In this document: piece by piece, positions 17,909-27,794 of the stretch
How the letters are laid out: each line of letters opens with the position of its first letter
Position numbering within the stretch: position 1 is the stretch's first letter
Assembly: GCA_964507635.1 (NCBI GenBank)
Contig: CAZDPZ010000002.1
Span: forward strand, 1-33,886
Length of the DNA stretch: 33,886 bases
Origin: an uncultured Clostridium sp.
GTDB lineage: Bacteria > Bacillota_I > Bacilli_A > RF39 > UBA660
Reading direction: 5' to 3'
Made by a program: the position numbers and the translations under genes
Notes under the pieces: generated by a model
The model's database searches: none
Told to the model about the DNA's origin: nothing
Seen by the model: only the letters and a program-made list of their open reading frames with translations

Positions 17909-18327
17909 TACCAATCCTGTGCTCCATCATATCCATCTGTTTTATAACCCTTGCATTTTAAATATGGTCTATATATTACCCCTTCACCTACTTTAAGTAT
18001 CTGAACGTATCCATTGCATTCATTTCCCTTTTCATCATACAATTTTTTTAAATATCCTGTATAATAAAGAGATGAACTTCTAACATATAATACATCTTCC
18101 TCAAGTTCTCTATTTAAATATCCTGAAAAATATTCTTTAGTAGCACTAACTAATTTATTTTCAAGATCACTATAACTTTCATTATTTGTTCCATTATCTA
18201 TTATTGCATTCTCATTGTATCCAAGTAAACCTAATCTATTAAGTCCAATTACTGCAATAACCAAACATATCAAAAACATAAGTATTATTAATAATTCAAC
18301 TCTTAGTCCCCAACCATTTTTATTCAT
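17908..18327 (-). CDS. Small protein with a degenerate prepilin-like N-terminus and a C-terminal Cys pair, unknown function
   Basis: The N-terminus MNKNGWGLRVELLIILMFLICLVIAV resembles the class III signal K-G-F-T-L-x-E-L-L, but the Glu is off register. C-terminus reads CNGYVQILKVGEGVIYRPYLKC. GGAGTG RBS. Confidence 0.55.
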   Translation of the reverse strand: MNKNGWGLRVELLIILMFLICLVIAVIGLNRLGLLGYNENAIIDNGTNNESYSDLENKLVSATKEYFSGYLNRELEEDVLYVRSSSLYYTGYLKKLYDEKGNECNGYVQILKVGEGVIYRPYLKCKGYKTDGYDGAQDW

Positions 18328-18367
18328 AACATCACTCCATTATAATTATATAATAATTTGTGTTTTT

Positions 18368-18658
18368 TCACAACAAATCTTCTATTTTTCCTTTGATATT
18401 TTCATCATCAACTAATTTTAATAATTCTTTTATTTTTTCATTTCTTTCATTTACTTTTAATGAACTTTCAAGACTCAATAATTTACTTTCTATTGTTTTT
18501 AAATATTTTCCAACATATGCTCTACTTAATTTATAAATATCCGCTATTTCAGATAAAGAATAATCTTCATAATAATAGTATTCAAAATATTCTCTTTCTT
18601 TTATAGATAATGCTTCTTTATATATTTCAAATAAATTAATAATATTTTCTCTTTTCAT
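18368..18658 (-). CDS. ylxM: YlxM-type putative DNA-binding protein (UPF0122)
   Basis: 96 aa with a sigma region-4-like HTH (YSLSEIADIYKLSRAYVGKYLK). The position directly after ftsY (1-nt overlap) matches Bacillus-type synteny. Confidence 0.8.
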   Translation of the reverse strand: MKRENIINLFEIYKEALSIKEREYFEYYYYEDYSLSEIADIYKLSRAYVGKYLKTIESKLLSLESSLKVNERNEKIKELLKLVDDENIKGKIEDLL

Positions 18659-19641
18659 TAAAACTCCTTAAATAATCCATAAATATATTTTTCTATATCA
18701 AACGAAATTAAGTCTGTTTCTTTTTCGCCTAATCCTACAAATTTAACTGGAATACCAACTAATTCCTTTATAGCAAGAACTATTCCACCTTTAGCAGTAC
18801 CATCTAATTTAGTAAGTATTATTCCAGTTATATTGGTTATTTCTTTAAAACTTTTTGCTTGAGCTATACCATTTTGACCAGTAGTAGCATCAATCACAAG
18901 TAATGTTTCACAAGGATTATTAGCTAATAGTGAACTAATCACTTTATTGAGTTTTTCAAGTTCTTTCATTAGATTAACTTTATTTTGTAAACGACCTGCT
19001 GTATCAACTAATACAACATCGATTTTATTACTAGTAGCTTCATTTATTCCATCATAGACTACAGCACTAGGGTCTGATCTATCATCTCCATAAAACATAA
19101 CATTTAATCTATTTGCCCATTCTTTTAATTGATTTACAGCACCCGCTCTAAACGTATCTCCAGCTATAAGCATAACTTTTTTACCTTCAAGAGATAATTT
19201 ATATGCAAGTTTTGCAATACTAGTAGTTTTTCCAACTCCATTAACACCAACAAATAGCATTACATTTACTTCATTATTTTTAATATTTAATTTAGAAGTT
19301 AAAATATCATTACCAACATATATACTAAATAATTCATCAACTATTACTTCTTTTAAATATTCAAAATCAGTAATATTTTCTTGTTTAACTCTATGCTTTA
19401 ATTTATCAACAAAATCCATTACTGTATTAACACCAACATCAGCACTTATTAATATCTCTTCTAATTCATCATAAAATTCATCACTTATTTTAGTATACTT
19501 AATTCCTAAAACAGATAATTTACTTACAAAGTTATCTCTTGTTTTAGTTAAACCCTCAACATATTTATTTGTTTCTTCTATTTCTTTTGAATCTTTTTCC
19601 TTAGAAAAAATATTTTTTATCTTACTAAAAAATCCTGTCAT
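18658..19641 (-). CDS. ftsY: Signal recognition particle receptor FtsY
   Basis: SRP GTPase motifs [27 protein letters not shown]. The ORF-track start at 19650 is a GTG lying inside the GGGTGA RBS, so the ATG at 19641 is preferred. Confidence 0.93.
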   Translation of the reverse strand: MTGFFSKIKNIFSKEKDSKEIEETNKYVEGLTKTRDNFVSKLSVLGIKYTKISDEFYDELEEILISADVGVNTVMDFVDKLKHRVKQENITDFEYLKEVIVDELFSIYVGNDILTSKLNIKNNEVNVMLFVGVNGVGKTTSIAKLAYKLSLEGKKVMLIAGDTFRAGAVNQLKEWANRLNVMFYGDDRSDPSAVVYDGINEATSNKIDVVLVDTAGRLQNKVNLMKELEKLNKVISSLLANNPCETLLVIDATTGQNGIAQAKSFKEITNITGIILTKLDGTAKGGIVLAIKELVGIPVKFVGLGEKETDLISFDIEKYIYGLFKEF

Positions 19642-19685
19642 TTTCTTCACCCAACCTTATTATACTAAAAAATATAAATATAAAC

Positions 19686-19714
19686 TAGACAAAAGGCATA
19701 TTTTTTGCTATAAT
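19686..19714 (+). promoter_or_regulatory. Sigma-A-type promoter candidate for rnj
   Basis: TAGACA (19686-91), 17-nt spacer, TATAAT (19709-14), with TG at 19706-7 (TGcTATAAT). It lies 29-38 nt upstream of the candidate start codons. Confidence 0.5.
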
Positions 19715-19742
19715 TTTATTAATGAATTAACTTTTCGAAGGG

Positions 19743-21422
19743 ATGAATAGTATGTTTAGTAAAGAAAAAGAAACTTTAATATGTGCCTTAGGTGGCTTAG
19801 GAGAAATTGGTAAAAACATGTATGTTATTATGCATGAAGATGAATTATTTATAATTGATGCTGGAGTAATGTTTCCAAAAGATGAATTAATGGGAATAGA
19901 TTATGTTTTAGCAGATTATTCAATATTAAAAACTATGCAAGATAAAATAAAGGGATTAATTATTACACATGGTCATGAAGATCATATTGGTGGAATACCT
20001 TTTGTATTACAAAATTTAAATATACCTGTTATTTATACTCCTAATATAGCTAGTAAAATAATTAAGAATAAGCTTGAAGAAAGGAAAGTACCTGCTCCAA
20101 AAATGGTAATAGTTAATGAGGAATTACATATTAAAACAAAATATTTTGATATTGAGTTTTTTACAACAACACACTCTATTCCAGATTCATATGGAATATC
20201 TATTAAAACAGTAAATGGTACTATTGTAGAGACAGGAGACTTTAAATTTGATTTAACTCCTATTGGACCAATGGCTAACTTAGGAAAAATGGCACGTATT
20301 GGAAATGAAGGTGTCACTTTATTAATGAGTGATTCTACTAATGCATTAGTTCCTGGATTTTCAGCAAGTGAATCTGTAGTAGATGAAGCATTAGGTGAAA
20401 TATTTGCTAATTCTAAATCTTCAAGAATTATTTTAGCTACATTTGCAAGTAATATATATAGATTAACTCATATAATTGAAACTTGTAAAGTTAATAATAG
20501 AAAAGTAGTAGTTTTTGGAAGAAGTATGAATACAAGTATAGAAATAGCACTTAGTTGTGATTATATTACAGATAAAGATATATTTATTACAAGTGAAGAA
20601 GCTAATAAACTAGATCCTTCTAAAGTATGTTTGCTTTGTACTGGTAGTCAAGGAGAACCTTTAGCTGCACTTTCTCGTATATCTAATGGTAGTGATAAAA
20701 ATATTACTCTTATGGCTAATGATGTTGTTATATTCTCATCTTCACCAATACCTGGTAATGCTTTATCTATAAATAGAGTTATTAATAAATTGTATTTAAA
20801 AGGTGCTAAAGTATATACTAATACATCTGAATATGATGTTCATACTAGTGGACATGCAAAACAAGATGAATTAAAATTATTAATTAGATTAATAAAACCG
20901 CAATATTTTATGCCAATACATGGTGAATATAGAATGCTTACCAAACACGCTTCTTTAGCAGTAAGTTGTGGAGTAAAAAAAGAAAATACTTTTGTTTTAA
21001 AGAATGGCGATATACTTGCTATGAAAGATAATAAAATATATCAAAAAAATTGTATTCCAATAAATGATATATATGTAGATGGAAGTAGAATTGGAGATGT
21101 AGGAGTATCTATTATAAAAGATAGAAAAATTATGTCTACAGATGGAGTACTTGCTGTTATATTAAATATAGATTTAAAAAATAAAAAGTTACTTTTAGAA
21201 CCAAATATTACAACAAGAGGATTTGTGGTAGTAAATGATAATCAAAATCTTATAAAAAAAATACAAGATAAGACTAATATTATTACATTAAATGAACTTG
21301 AAAAAGATAATTTTAATCTTACAGATTTAAAAAACAGAATAATATTAGAAATAAACTCATACGTTATTGAATTAACAGGAAGAAGACCTATGATATTACC
21401 AGTCATATTAGATATAAACTAA
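19743..21422 (+). CDS. rnj: Ribonuclease J (metallo-beta-lactamase / beta-CASP family)
   Basis: GGLGEIGKNMY, HGHEDHIGG, and the beta-CASP and C-terminal domain layout. The ATG at 19752 (MFSKEKE) is better spaced from GAAGGG than the ATG at 19743. Confidence 0.93.
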   Translation: MNSMFSKEKETLICALGGLGEIGKNMYVIMHEDELFIIDAGVMFPKDELMGIDYVLADYSILKTMQDKIKGLIITHGHEDHIGGIPFVLQNLNIPVIYTPNIASKIIKNKLEERKVPAPKMVIVNEELHIKTKYFDIEFFTTTHSIPDSYGISIKTVNGTIVETGDFKFDLTPIGPMANLGKMARIGNEGVTLLMSDSTNALVPGFSASESVVDEALGEIFANSKSSRIILATFASNIYRLTHIIETCKVNNRKVVVFGRSMNTSIEIALSCDYITDKDIFITSEEANKLDPSKVCLLCTGSQGEPLAALSRISNGSDKNITLMANDVVIFSSSPIPGNALSINRVINKLYLKGAKVYTNTSEYDVHTSGHAKQDELKLLIRLIKPQYFMPIHGEYRMLTKHASLAVSCGVKKENTFVLKNGDILAMKDNKIYQKNCIPINDIYVDGSRIGDVGVSIIKDRKIMSTDGVLAVILNIDLKNKKLLLEPNITTRGFVVVNDNQNLIKKIQDKTNIITLNELEKDNFNLTDLKNRIILEINSYVIELTGRRPMILPVILDIN

Positions 21423-21438
21423 TATGACTTTTATTTTA
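21401..21438 (+). terminator. Intrinsic terminator of rnj built from its own last codons
   Basis: Perfect 10-bp inverted repeat: AGTCATATTA (21401-10) and TAATATGACT (21420-29), with a 9-nt loop, followed by TTTATTTTA. The rnj stop (21420-22) lies in the descending stem. The T-tract overlaps the stop of the convergent gene (21431-33). Confidence 0.55.
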
Positions 21439-22648
21439 CAAGTTTTCTTTCAAAACCAACTGATAAATTATCTTCATCAAAATTAATATAATTAACAGAT
21501 AATTCTTCAGCATCACCTTTATTAAAAGAAAGTTGACATGATAAAAATCCTCTTGAATATTTTCTATTAAATGTAACATCTGATAATGTAGGAGATTTAA
21601 AACTATAATATGAATCATTAAATGTACATTTATAATGATGTGAATGACCAGAAAAATTTAATAGAACATTATAGTTTTTTATAGCAACTGATTTAAAAGA
21701 AGGAGTAACATGTTTAAGAGATATATATTCATTATTTACTTTAACATACCCGCTTCTATATCCTAATACATCAAAATCTTTTCTCTCGTTTAGTATTGGT
21801 ACTATATCCCCTATTGGATCTAATAATGCTGATGAATCATGATTACCTAATAATATTATATTGGTTATCCCTTCATCAAAACAATAGTCCTTAATAACAT
21901 GATTAACTTGATTATAAATTGATTTATATTGACTTTTACATCTAGAAAAATTTGAATAAGCACCCTCAATTAAATCACCAGTATGAAAAATATATTTAAT
22001 TCCGTTTTTACTAGCATACTCATATACCATATTTAAATAATCTAAATTTTCACTTTCATTACCAAAATGAGTGTCTGATATTACAATAAATTTAAAGTCA
22101 TCCCTACTATATATTTCCTCTACCATTTGAGTTTTATCAGTAAACATTTCATCATTATGATAAAGTCCATACACAGCATCTTTTTTATTAGCGGTTACAT
22201 ATGAATTTTTATTTACTTTATTTAAAATCCTATTACTACTAAACATATATTCTTTAATTGTTTCTAATAAATCTTTTTCATCACTTGAACCATAAACATA
22301 TAACTCACAATATAGTTTTCTTAATAAATTTATATATCTTCTAACTGGAATATTTAATTCAATTAATATACTTAAATTATCTTTTCCAGATTTTATCATA
22401 TTGTATATTACATTTTTATTTATACTGTTTATTGCTTCATTTGTATTATCTAATAATATGTCTATCACTTTAATAATATATAGTTGTGAAATATCAAATT
22501 CTTTTATAATTTGTTGTCTATAATATTTCAAAAAATTCTTTAATTGAATTTCTTTCATACCTAAAGAATCAGCTATAGTTTTTAAACTATTTGATTCACT
22601 TAATAATACTATTAATTTAATTAATTCTTCTTCAGTAGAATACTTCAT
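21431..22648 (-). CDS. Calcineurin-like metallophosphoesterase with an N-terminal ~180-aa helical, HTH-like extension
   Basis: A complete MPE motif set in the C-terminal half: ISDTHFGN, TGDLIEG, LGNHDS, LKH, SGHSHH. The N-terminus holds two HTH-like stretches (SLKTIADSLGMKEIQLKNFLKYY and NLSILIELNIPVRRYINLLRKLY). AAGAGG RBS. Confidence 0.8.
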   Translation of the reverse strand: MKYSTEEELIKLIVLLSESNSLKTIADSLGMKEIQLKNFLKYYRQQIIKEFDISQLYIIKVIDILLDNTNEAINSINKNVIYNMIKSGKDNLSILIELNIPVRRYINLLRKLYCELYVYGSSDEKDLLETIKEYMFSSNRILNKVNKNSYVTANKKDAVYGLYHNDEMFTDKTQMVEEIYSRDDFKFIVISDTHFGNESENLDYLNMVYEYASKNGIKYIFHTGDLIEGAYSNFSRCKSQYKSIYNQVNHVIKDYCFDEGITNIILLGNHDSSALLDPIGDIVPILNERKDFDVLGYRSGYVKVNNEYISLKHVTPSFKSVAIKNYNVLLNFSGHSHHYKCTFNDSYYSFKSPTLSDVTFNRKYSRGFLSCQLSFNKGDAEELSVNYINFDEDNLSVGFERKLVK

Positions 22649-22700
22649 AATCGCCTCTTTAAGTTTTCCCCTTTATTCTTAAAGTATATATAAATTATAC

Positions 22701-22737
22701 AAAAAAAATATGTAATTGGAAATATCTTTTTACACAT
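22701..22737 (-). terminator. Weak candidate terminator after glyA
   Basis: On the minus strand: AUGUGUAA (22730-37) pairs with UUACAUAU (22708-15) to give 8 bp with one G-U, across a 14-nt loop, followed by U-run 22701-07. The stem is AT-rich and the loop is large. Confidence 0.3.
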
Positions 22738-22754
22738 TTTTTACTATATTATTT

Positions 22755-23972
22755 TTATAATGTATGACTCTGTGTAAGATTTAAAACCTCATCAACTAAT
22801 TTATTCAATATATTTTTATCATCTTTATTTTTTAATGCCTCATAAATAATGTCTGCAACTTTAATAAAATCATCTTTATTAAATCCTCTTGTTGTCATAG
22901 CAGGAGTTCCTAATCTAATTCCACTTGTTATAAAAGGCTTTTCAGAATCATTTGGAATTGTATTTTTATTACAAGTAATATGTATAGAGTCCAATATTCT
23001 TTCAGCTTCCAATCCGGTAATATTAAAACTTTTTTTAACATCTAAAAGCATTAAATGATTGTCTGTTCCATTCGATACAACGTGACAACCGAGTCTAATA
23101 AACTCATTGCTTAAAGCTTTAGAATTATATATTACTTGATTCTGATATTCTTTGAATTCATTATTTAATGCTTCATAAAAGCATTGTGCTTTAGCTGCTA
23201 TAATATGCATTAAGGGACCACCTTGAATTCCTGGAAAAATAGATTTATCAATTTTTTTTGATATTTCTTCATTATTACAAAGAATTATTCCACCACGAGG
23301 TCCTCTTAAAGTTTTGTGTGTTGTACTTGTAACAACATCAGCATATTTGACAGGATTATCATGTAAACCAGCAGCTACTAATCCCGCAATATGTGCCATA
23401 TCTACCATTAAGTAAGCACCACATTTATCACAAATATCTCTAAATTTTTTAAAGTCTATCATTCTAGAATAAGCACTATATCCTGCAATAATCATTTTTG
23501 GTTTTTCTCTAATTGCAATCGCTTCTATTTCGTCATAGTCAATCATTTCTGTATTATCATCTACTCCATATGAAACAATATTATAACCTTGACCAGAAAA
23601 ATTGAGTTTATGACCATGTGTTAGATGTCCACCATTGTTTAAACTCATTCCCATAATTTTATCTCCATTTTTAAGTAAGGCACGATACACCGCCATATTT
23701 GCACTACTACCAGAATGAGGCTGCACATTAGCATATTTACAACCAAATAATTTTTTTAAATATTCTATAGCCAACTCCTCTATTTCATCTACATATTCAC
23801 ATCCCCCATAATACCTATGATTTGGATACCCTTCTGCATATTTATTTGTTAATATACTACCCTGTAACTTTAAAATATCTTTAGAAACATAATTTTCGCT
23901 TGCTATGAGTTCAATATTTTCATATTGTCTTTTCTTTTCATTTCTAATTGCTTTTCTTATCAGTTTATCCAT
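22755..23972 (-). CDS. glyA: Serine hydroxymethyltransferase
   Basis: [21 protein letters not shown]-lysine motif [14 protein letters not shown]. The GGAGGAA inside the ORF-track N-terminal extension is spaced 8 nt from the ATG at 23972 (MDKLIRK), which is therefore preferred over 23987. Confidence 0.95.
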   Translation of the reverse strand: MDKLIRKAIRNEKKRQYENIELIASENYVSKDILKLQGSILTNKYAEGYPNHRYYGGCEYVDEIEELAIEYLKKLFGCKYANVQPHSGSSANMAVYRALLKNGDKIMGMSLNNGGHLTHGHKLNFSGQGYNIVSYGVDDNTEMIDYDEIEAIAIREKPKMIIAGYSAYSRMIDFKKFRDICDKCGAYLMVDMAHIAGLVAAGLHDNPVKYADVVTSTTHKTLRGPRGGIILCNNEEISKKIDKSIFPGIQGGPLMHIIAAKAQCFYEALNNEFKEYQNQVIYNSKALSNEFIRLGCHVVSNGTDNHLMLLDVKKSFNITGLEAERILDSIHITCNKNTIPNDSEKPFITSGIRLGTPAMTTRGFNKDDFIKVADIIYEALKNKDDKNILNKLVDEVLNLTQSHTL

Positions 23973-24093
23973 GTTAAGTTCCTCCATAATATATGTTTTT
24001 TCAAATATAAATCATTATATCATAATATAAAAATGCTTTCATCCATTGTACAATAAATAATAATTATTATTAAAGATTCATATTGTTAATAAT

Positions 24094-25305
24094 TTATATT
24101 TTCTTATTTTGAAGTAGTATGCACTCGTTATTATAATATTTATTGTTTTTTTCACGTATAATTATTTTTTTATATAAATTAACTATTTTTCTTGTAAATA
24201 TTTTTTTACTAAATGCGTTTGATATTGTTTTAGATTTTTCCTCCATTATGCTAATATTACTTTCATTTTGAAAAAGAAAAATTATCTTCAACACAGCCTC
24301 ATCAATATCAAAATATTGATATCCATTTTGATTATCAAGTATTATCGTATTTAAACAATCATCCTTTTTACATATTAAAGGTAACCCATTTGCTAATGCT
24401 TCTATATATGTTAGCCCTTGAGTTTCACTAGTAGAAGCACTTATAAATATATCTCCTAATTGATAATACTTGTATATATCTTTATGATCCACCATCCCTA
24501 CAAAAAAAATACTACTTTCAAGTTTATAATTTTTTATTATTTTTTCTAATTGCTTTTTATTAGGACCATCACCAACTATAAGTAACTTAATACACTTATC
24601 AATGCCCCTAATTCTTTTTATTATTTCAATCAATTCTTCAATATTTTTTTCTTTACCTAATCTGCTTACAGTAATTAATATTTTGTCATTTTTTTTAATT
24701 TGATATTTGTCAAATAAATAAACTTTTTCTTCATTTGATATTTTCTGTTTAAATTGATTTAAATCAATTCCCGTAGGAATTATATTAATATTATTATTAT
24801 AAATATTATTATTTATAATAGAGTTTTTTACTTTCTCACTTGGAACAATTAAATACTTATAATTTTTTAAAAATCTTTTTAATATTTTTTTTATTATTTC
24901 CTTAGAAATTTTTTCATTTTTGCATACATACTCATGGTAATCTTCATACATTGTATGAAGTGTATGAACCATTGGAATCTTTAATTTTTTTGAAATTTTT
25001 TTTGCTAAATAATAGGTAGAAAATTCAGTTTGAGTATGAATTATATCTGGGTGCCAAACTTCTATTTCTCTTTCTATTTTTTTATTACATGTTAAAGATA
25101 CTCTAGCTCCAGGATATATTTTAGATACACTAAATGATGAAATATAATAATCATTATTAATAATTTCTGATTTGTCAGTATCAGATAAAGCTAATAATCT
25201 AACATCTATTCCATTACTTTTTAGTTCTTTTTGTAAAATTTTTACAGATGTGTTCACACCATTTATTTGATTTTTAAAACAATCAACTGATAATAAAACT
25301 TTCAT
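24094..25305 (-). CDS. GT4-family glycosyltransferase, likely membrane glycolipid (glycosyl-diacylglycerol) synthase
   Basis: 403 aa. N-terminal GVNTSV loop and EX7E motif (ETQGLTYIE). Size and tandem pairing resemble the monoglucosyl-DAG and diglycosyl-DAG synthase pairs of Acholeplasma, Streptococcus and Enterococcus. Specificity is inferred only. Confidence 0.8.
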   Translation of the reverse strand: MKVLLSVDCFKNQINGVNTSVKILQKELKSNGIDVRLLALSDTDKSEIINNDYYISSFSVSKIYPGARVSLTCNKKIEREIEVWHPDIIHTQTEFSTYYLAKKISKKLKIPMVHTLHTMYEDYHEYVCKNEKISKEIIKKILKRFLKNYKYLIVPSEKVKNSIINNNIYNNNINIIPTGIDLNQFKQKISNEEKVYLFDKYQIKKNDKILITVSRLGKEKNIEELIEIIKRIRGIDKCIKLLIVGDGPNKKQLEKIIKNYKLESSIFFVGMVDHKDIYKYYQLGDIFISASTSETQGLTYIEALANGLPLICKKDDCLNTIILDNQNGYQYFDIDEAVLKIIFLFQNESNISIMEEKSKTISNAFSKKIFTRKIVNLYKKIIIREKNNKYYNNECILLQNKKI

Positions 25306-25306
25306 A

Positions 25307-26317
25307 TTAATTTCCTTTCAATGCTTTTTTATATATACTAATTAATTTCTTTCCTGTTTTTCTAATTTCTCTTTCCTTAGCAACATAGTAACCATTTTCT
25401 GTTAAATCCGGAATTTCATTATTAATAATTAATTTTATTTTTGCTTTAAATTCATCTTTAGTATTTGCTTTATAAACGTTAATATTATCTTTTAACCAAT
25501 TATCATATACTGGAATATTTCTAATTAAAGTTTTCGTTTTAGTTGCTAGTGATTCAAGAACTACAATTCCTTCGGTCTCTTCATATGTCATAAATAAAAA
25601 TAAATCACAACCAGAATAAGCTTTTCTTAACTCTTTTTGTTCAACAAATCCCGCAAATAGTAAATTGTCTATTTTTGTATTTAATGCTTTTTTTATTTCT
25701 TGAGGAGCAAATATTAAAGGGCTTGAACCAAACCAAATAAATTTGTACTCAGGCATTTCTTTAGCAAGTTCAATAAAATTCAAAATTCCTTTTCTCTTTA
25801 AATATAATCCTACAGATATTATTACAATATCATTTGTCTTAATATTATATTTTTTTCTAAATTCTTCTCGAAAACATTCGCTTTTTTTAAAAAAATTCAA
25901 ATCTATTCCATTAGATAACACTTCTATTTTTTTATTTAAATTATACCACTCTAATAAAGATTTTGAATAATCTGTTGGTGTAATAATATAATCTCCTAAT
26001 TTATAACATTTACATATCCATTTTTTAAATAAAGGAGACAATGCATTAGAAAATATAAATGAATTTTTAAAATCTTCTTCTGTAGAATGAGCATGATAAA
26101 TAATCTTTTTATTTAATCTTTTTGCTTTTTTGGCTAACATGTATGATCCTAATCCATAATAATTAATATGAACTAAATCTACATCATTAATATTTTTTTT
26201 AAATAAAACACATTGAATATTATTGTCTTTCAATGCTTTTATTTGATGCTCTGTAGCCTTTCCGATGCCAGATTTTTTCATTTTACTTAATAATTCTGTA
26301 TATATTAAAACTTTCAA
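25307..26317 (-). CDS. GT4-family glycosyltransferase, second member of the putative glycolipid synthase pair
   Basis: 336 aa with EX7E (ETEGIVVLE). TTG start with a strong AGGAGG RBS 7 nt upstream. 1-nt gap to the downstream GT4 gene. Confidence 0.8.
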   Translation of the reverse strand: MKVLIYTELLSKMKKSGIGKATEHQIKALKDNNIQCVLFKKNINDVDLVHINYYGLGSYMLAKKAKRLNKKIIYHAHSTEEDFKNSFIFSNALSPLFKKWICKCYKLGDYIITPTDYSKSLLEWYNLNKKIEVLSNGIDLNFFKKSECFREEFRKKYNIKTNDIVIISVGLYLKRKGILNFIELAKEMPEYKFIWFGSSPLIFAPQEIKKALNTKIDNLLFAGFVEQKELRKAYSGCDLFLFMTYEETEGIVVLESLATKTKTLIRNIPVYDNWLKDNINVYKANTKDEFKAKIKLIINNEIPDLTENGYYVAKEREIRKTGKKLISIYKKALKGN

Positions 26318-26328
26318 ACTAATTCCTC

Positions 26329-26919
26329 CTATCGTATACCAAACAATTTAAAAATTTCAGTTAGAAAAAGACTGTATGATATAATACCAAATACTTTTCC
26401 AAAAAGTATTATTATAATAAACTTTGATATTTTAATATTTGTAATTCCAGCAAAATAGCAAAGAAAATCATCTGGTGCAAATGGTAAAAATATTAAAATT
26501 GCAAATAGTTTTTCAAATTTTCCATTTTTATTAAATTTTTCCTCATATTTAATATATTTATCACTACCAATTATTTTTTTTACAAATGCTTTTCCATAAT
26601 TTCTTGCTAATAAAAATACAATAATAGAGCCTGCACATATTCCTATGTAATTCAAAATAAAACCTTTTATTCCTCCCCAAAATATTACAGCTAATCCACA
26701 TGTTATATTTGCAGGAATAACAGGAACAATCACCTGAACAGCTTGCATAATCACAAAAATAATTGGAGCAAATATTCCAAATTTATTTAAAAATAATGTC
26801 ATGTTTGCTTGTGAATCAAATATACCATTAGAATAACAATATATTATGAAAATCGAAGTTAATAATAATCCGATAATACTAATTATATTAATTAAATGCT
26901 TACTAACATATTTCTCCAT
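26329..26919 (-). CDS. DedA / TVP38-TMEM64 (VTT domain) family membrane protein
   Basis: About 196 aa with 5-6 TM helices. FLPFAPDDFLCYFAGITNI and GKVFG segments are typical of the family. The ATG at 26919 is better spaced from AAGGAA than the TTG at 26925. Confidence 0.78.
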   Translation of the reverse strand: MEKYVSKHLINIISIIGLLLTSIFIIYCYSNGIFDSQANMTLFLNKFGIFAPIIFVIMQAVQVIVPVIPANITCGLAVIFWGGIKGFILNYIGICAGSIIVFLLARNYGKAFVKKIIGSDKYIKYEEKFNKNGKFEKLFAILIFLPFAPDDFLCYFAGITNIKISKFIIIILFGKVFGIISYSLFLTEIFKLFGIR

Positions 26920-27101
26920 TATCAATGTTCCTTAATTATTTTAGAAATGGTATAGTTAAGACAGAATAATACTACATTTTTATTAGCATAGTACTTTATA
27001 ATTTGTTATTTGCATACTACCAAGTCCTAAATATAAATATATATGAAAATAATAAAATATAAATAAACAATTATTAAATTTTTTATAAATAAAAAACCTA
27101 T

Positions 27102-27794
27102 TCAGGCTTTAAATTTATATCCGGCTCCCCATACAGTTTGTATAAATTTGGGATTTGAGGAATCATCTTCTATTTTATCTCGTAATCTATTTATGTGTAC
27201 TGCAACTGTTGCGGTATCCCCAAATGAATCAACTCCCCAAATTTTATCAAATAATACATCTTTTGATAAAACAATGTTTTTATTATTAATTAAAAACAAT
27301 AACAATTCAAATTCTTTATTAGTTAGTATGATTTCATTGTCATCTTTATAAACTTGATATGAATCTGGTATTACTTTTAAATTATCAAAAATAAATACTT
27401 TTAAATCTGTTATACAAGTTCTGCTAGTTAACTTTTGATGTATGGATAAATGTGCTTTTACTCTTGCTACTAACTCACTTGGAGAAAAAGGCTTTAATAT
27501 GTAATCATCCACACCAATTCCAAATCCTCTAACCATATCAATTTCTTCTTTTTTTGCAGTAATCATTAAAATCGGAACAAGAGATGACTTTCTTATTTCT
27601 CTAGCAATTTCAAAACCATTAATTTCTGGTAACATTATATCTAATAAAATTGCATCGTACTTATGATTTTTTGCTTTGATTAATCCACTTTTACCATTAT
27701 TTTCTATTTCAACTTCAAAGTTATTAGCTTCCAAATAATCTCTTTCTAATTCAGCAATTAAATTATCATCTTCTATTATTAATATTTTTTCCAT
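27102..27794 (-). CDS. OmpR/PhoB-family response regulator
   Basis: Receiver domain (IEDD, LLDIMLP phospho-Asp context, ITAK) plus a winged-helix output domain (LTNKEFELLLFL, VAVHINRLRDKIE, VWGAGYKF). Confidence 0.93.
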   Translation of the reverse strand: MEKILIIEDDNLIAELERDYLEANNFEVEIENNGKSGLIKAKNHKYDAILLDIMLPEINGFEIAREIRKSSLVPILMITAKKEEIDMVRGFGIGVDDYILKPFSPSELVARVKAHLSIHQKLTSRTCITDLKVFIFDNLKVIPDSYQVYKDDNEIILTNKEFELLLFLINNKNIVLSKDVLFDKIWGVDSFGDTATVAVHINRLRDKIEDDSSNPKFIQTVWGAGYKFKA

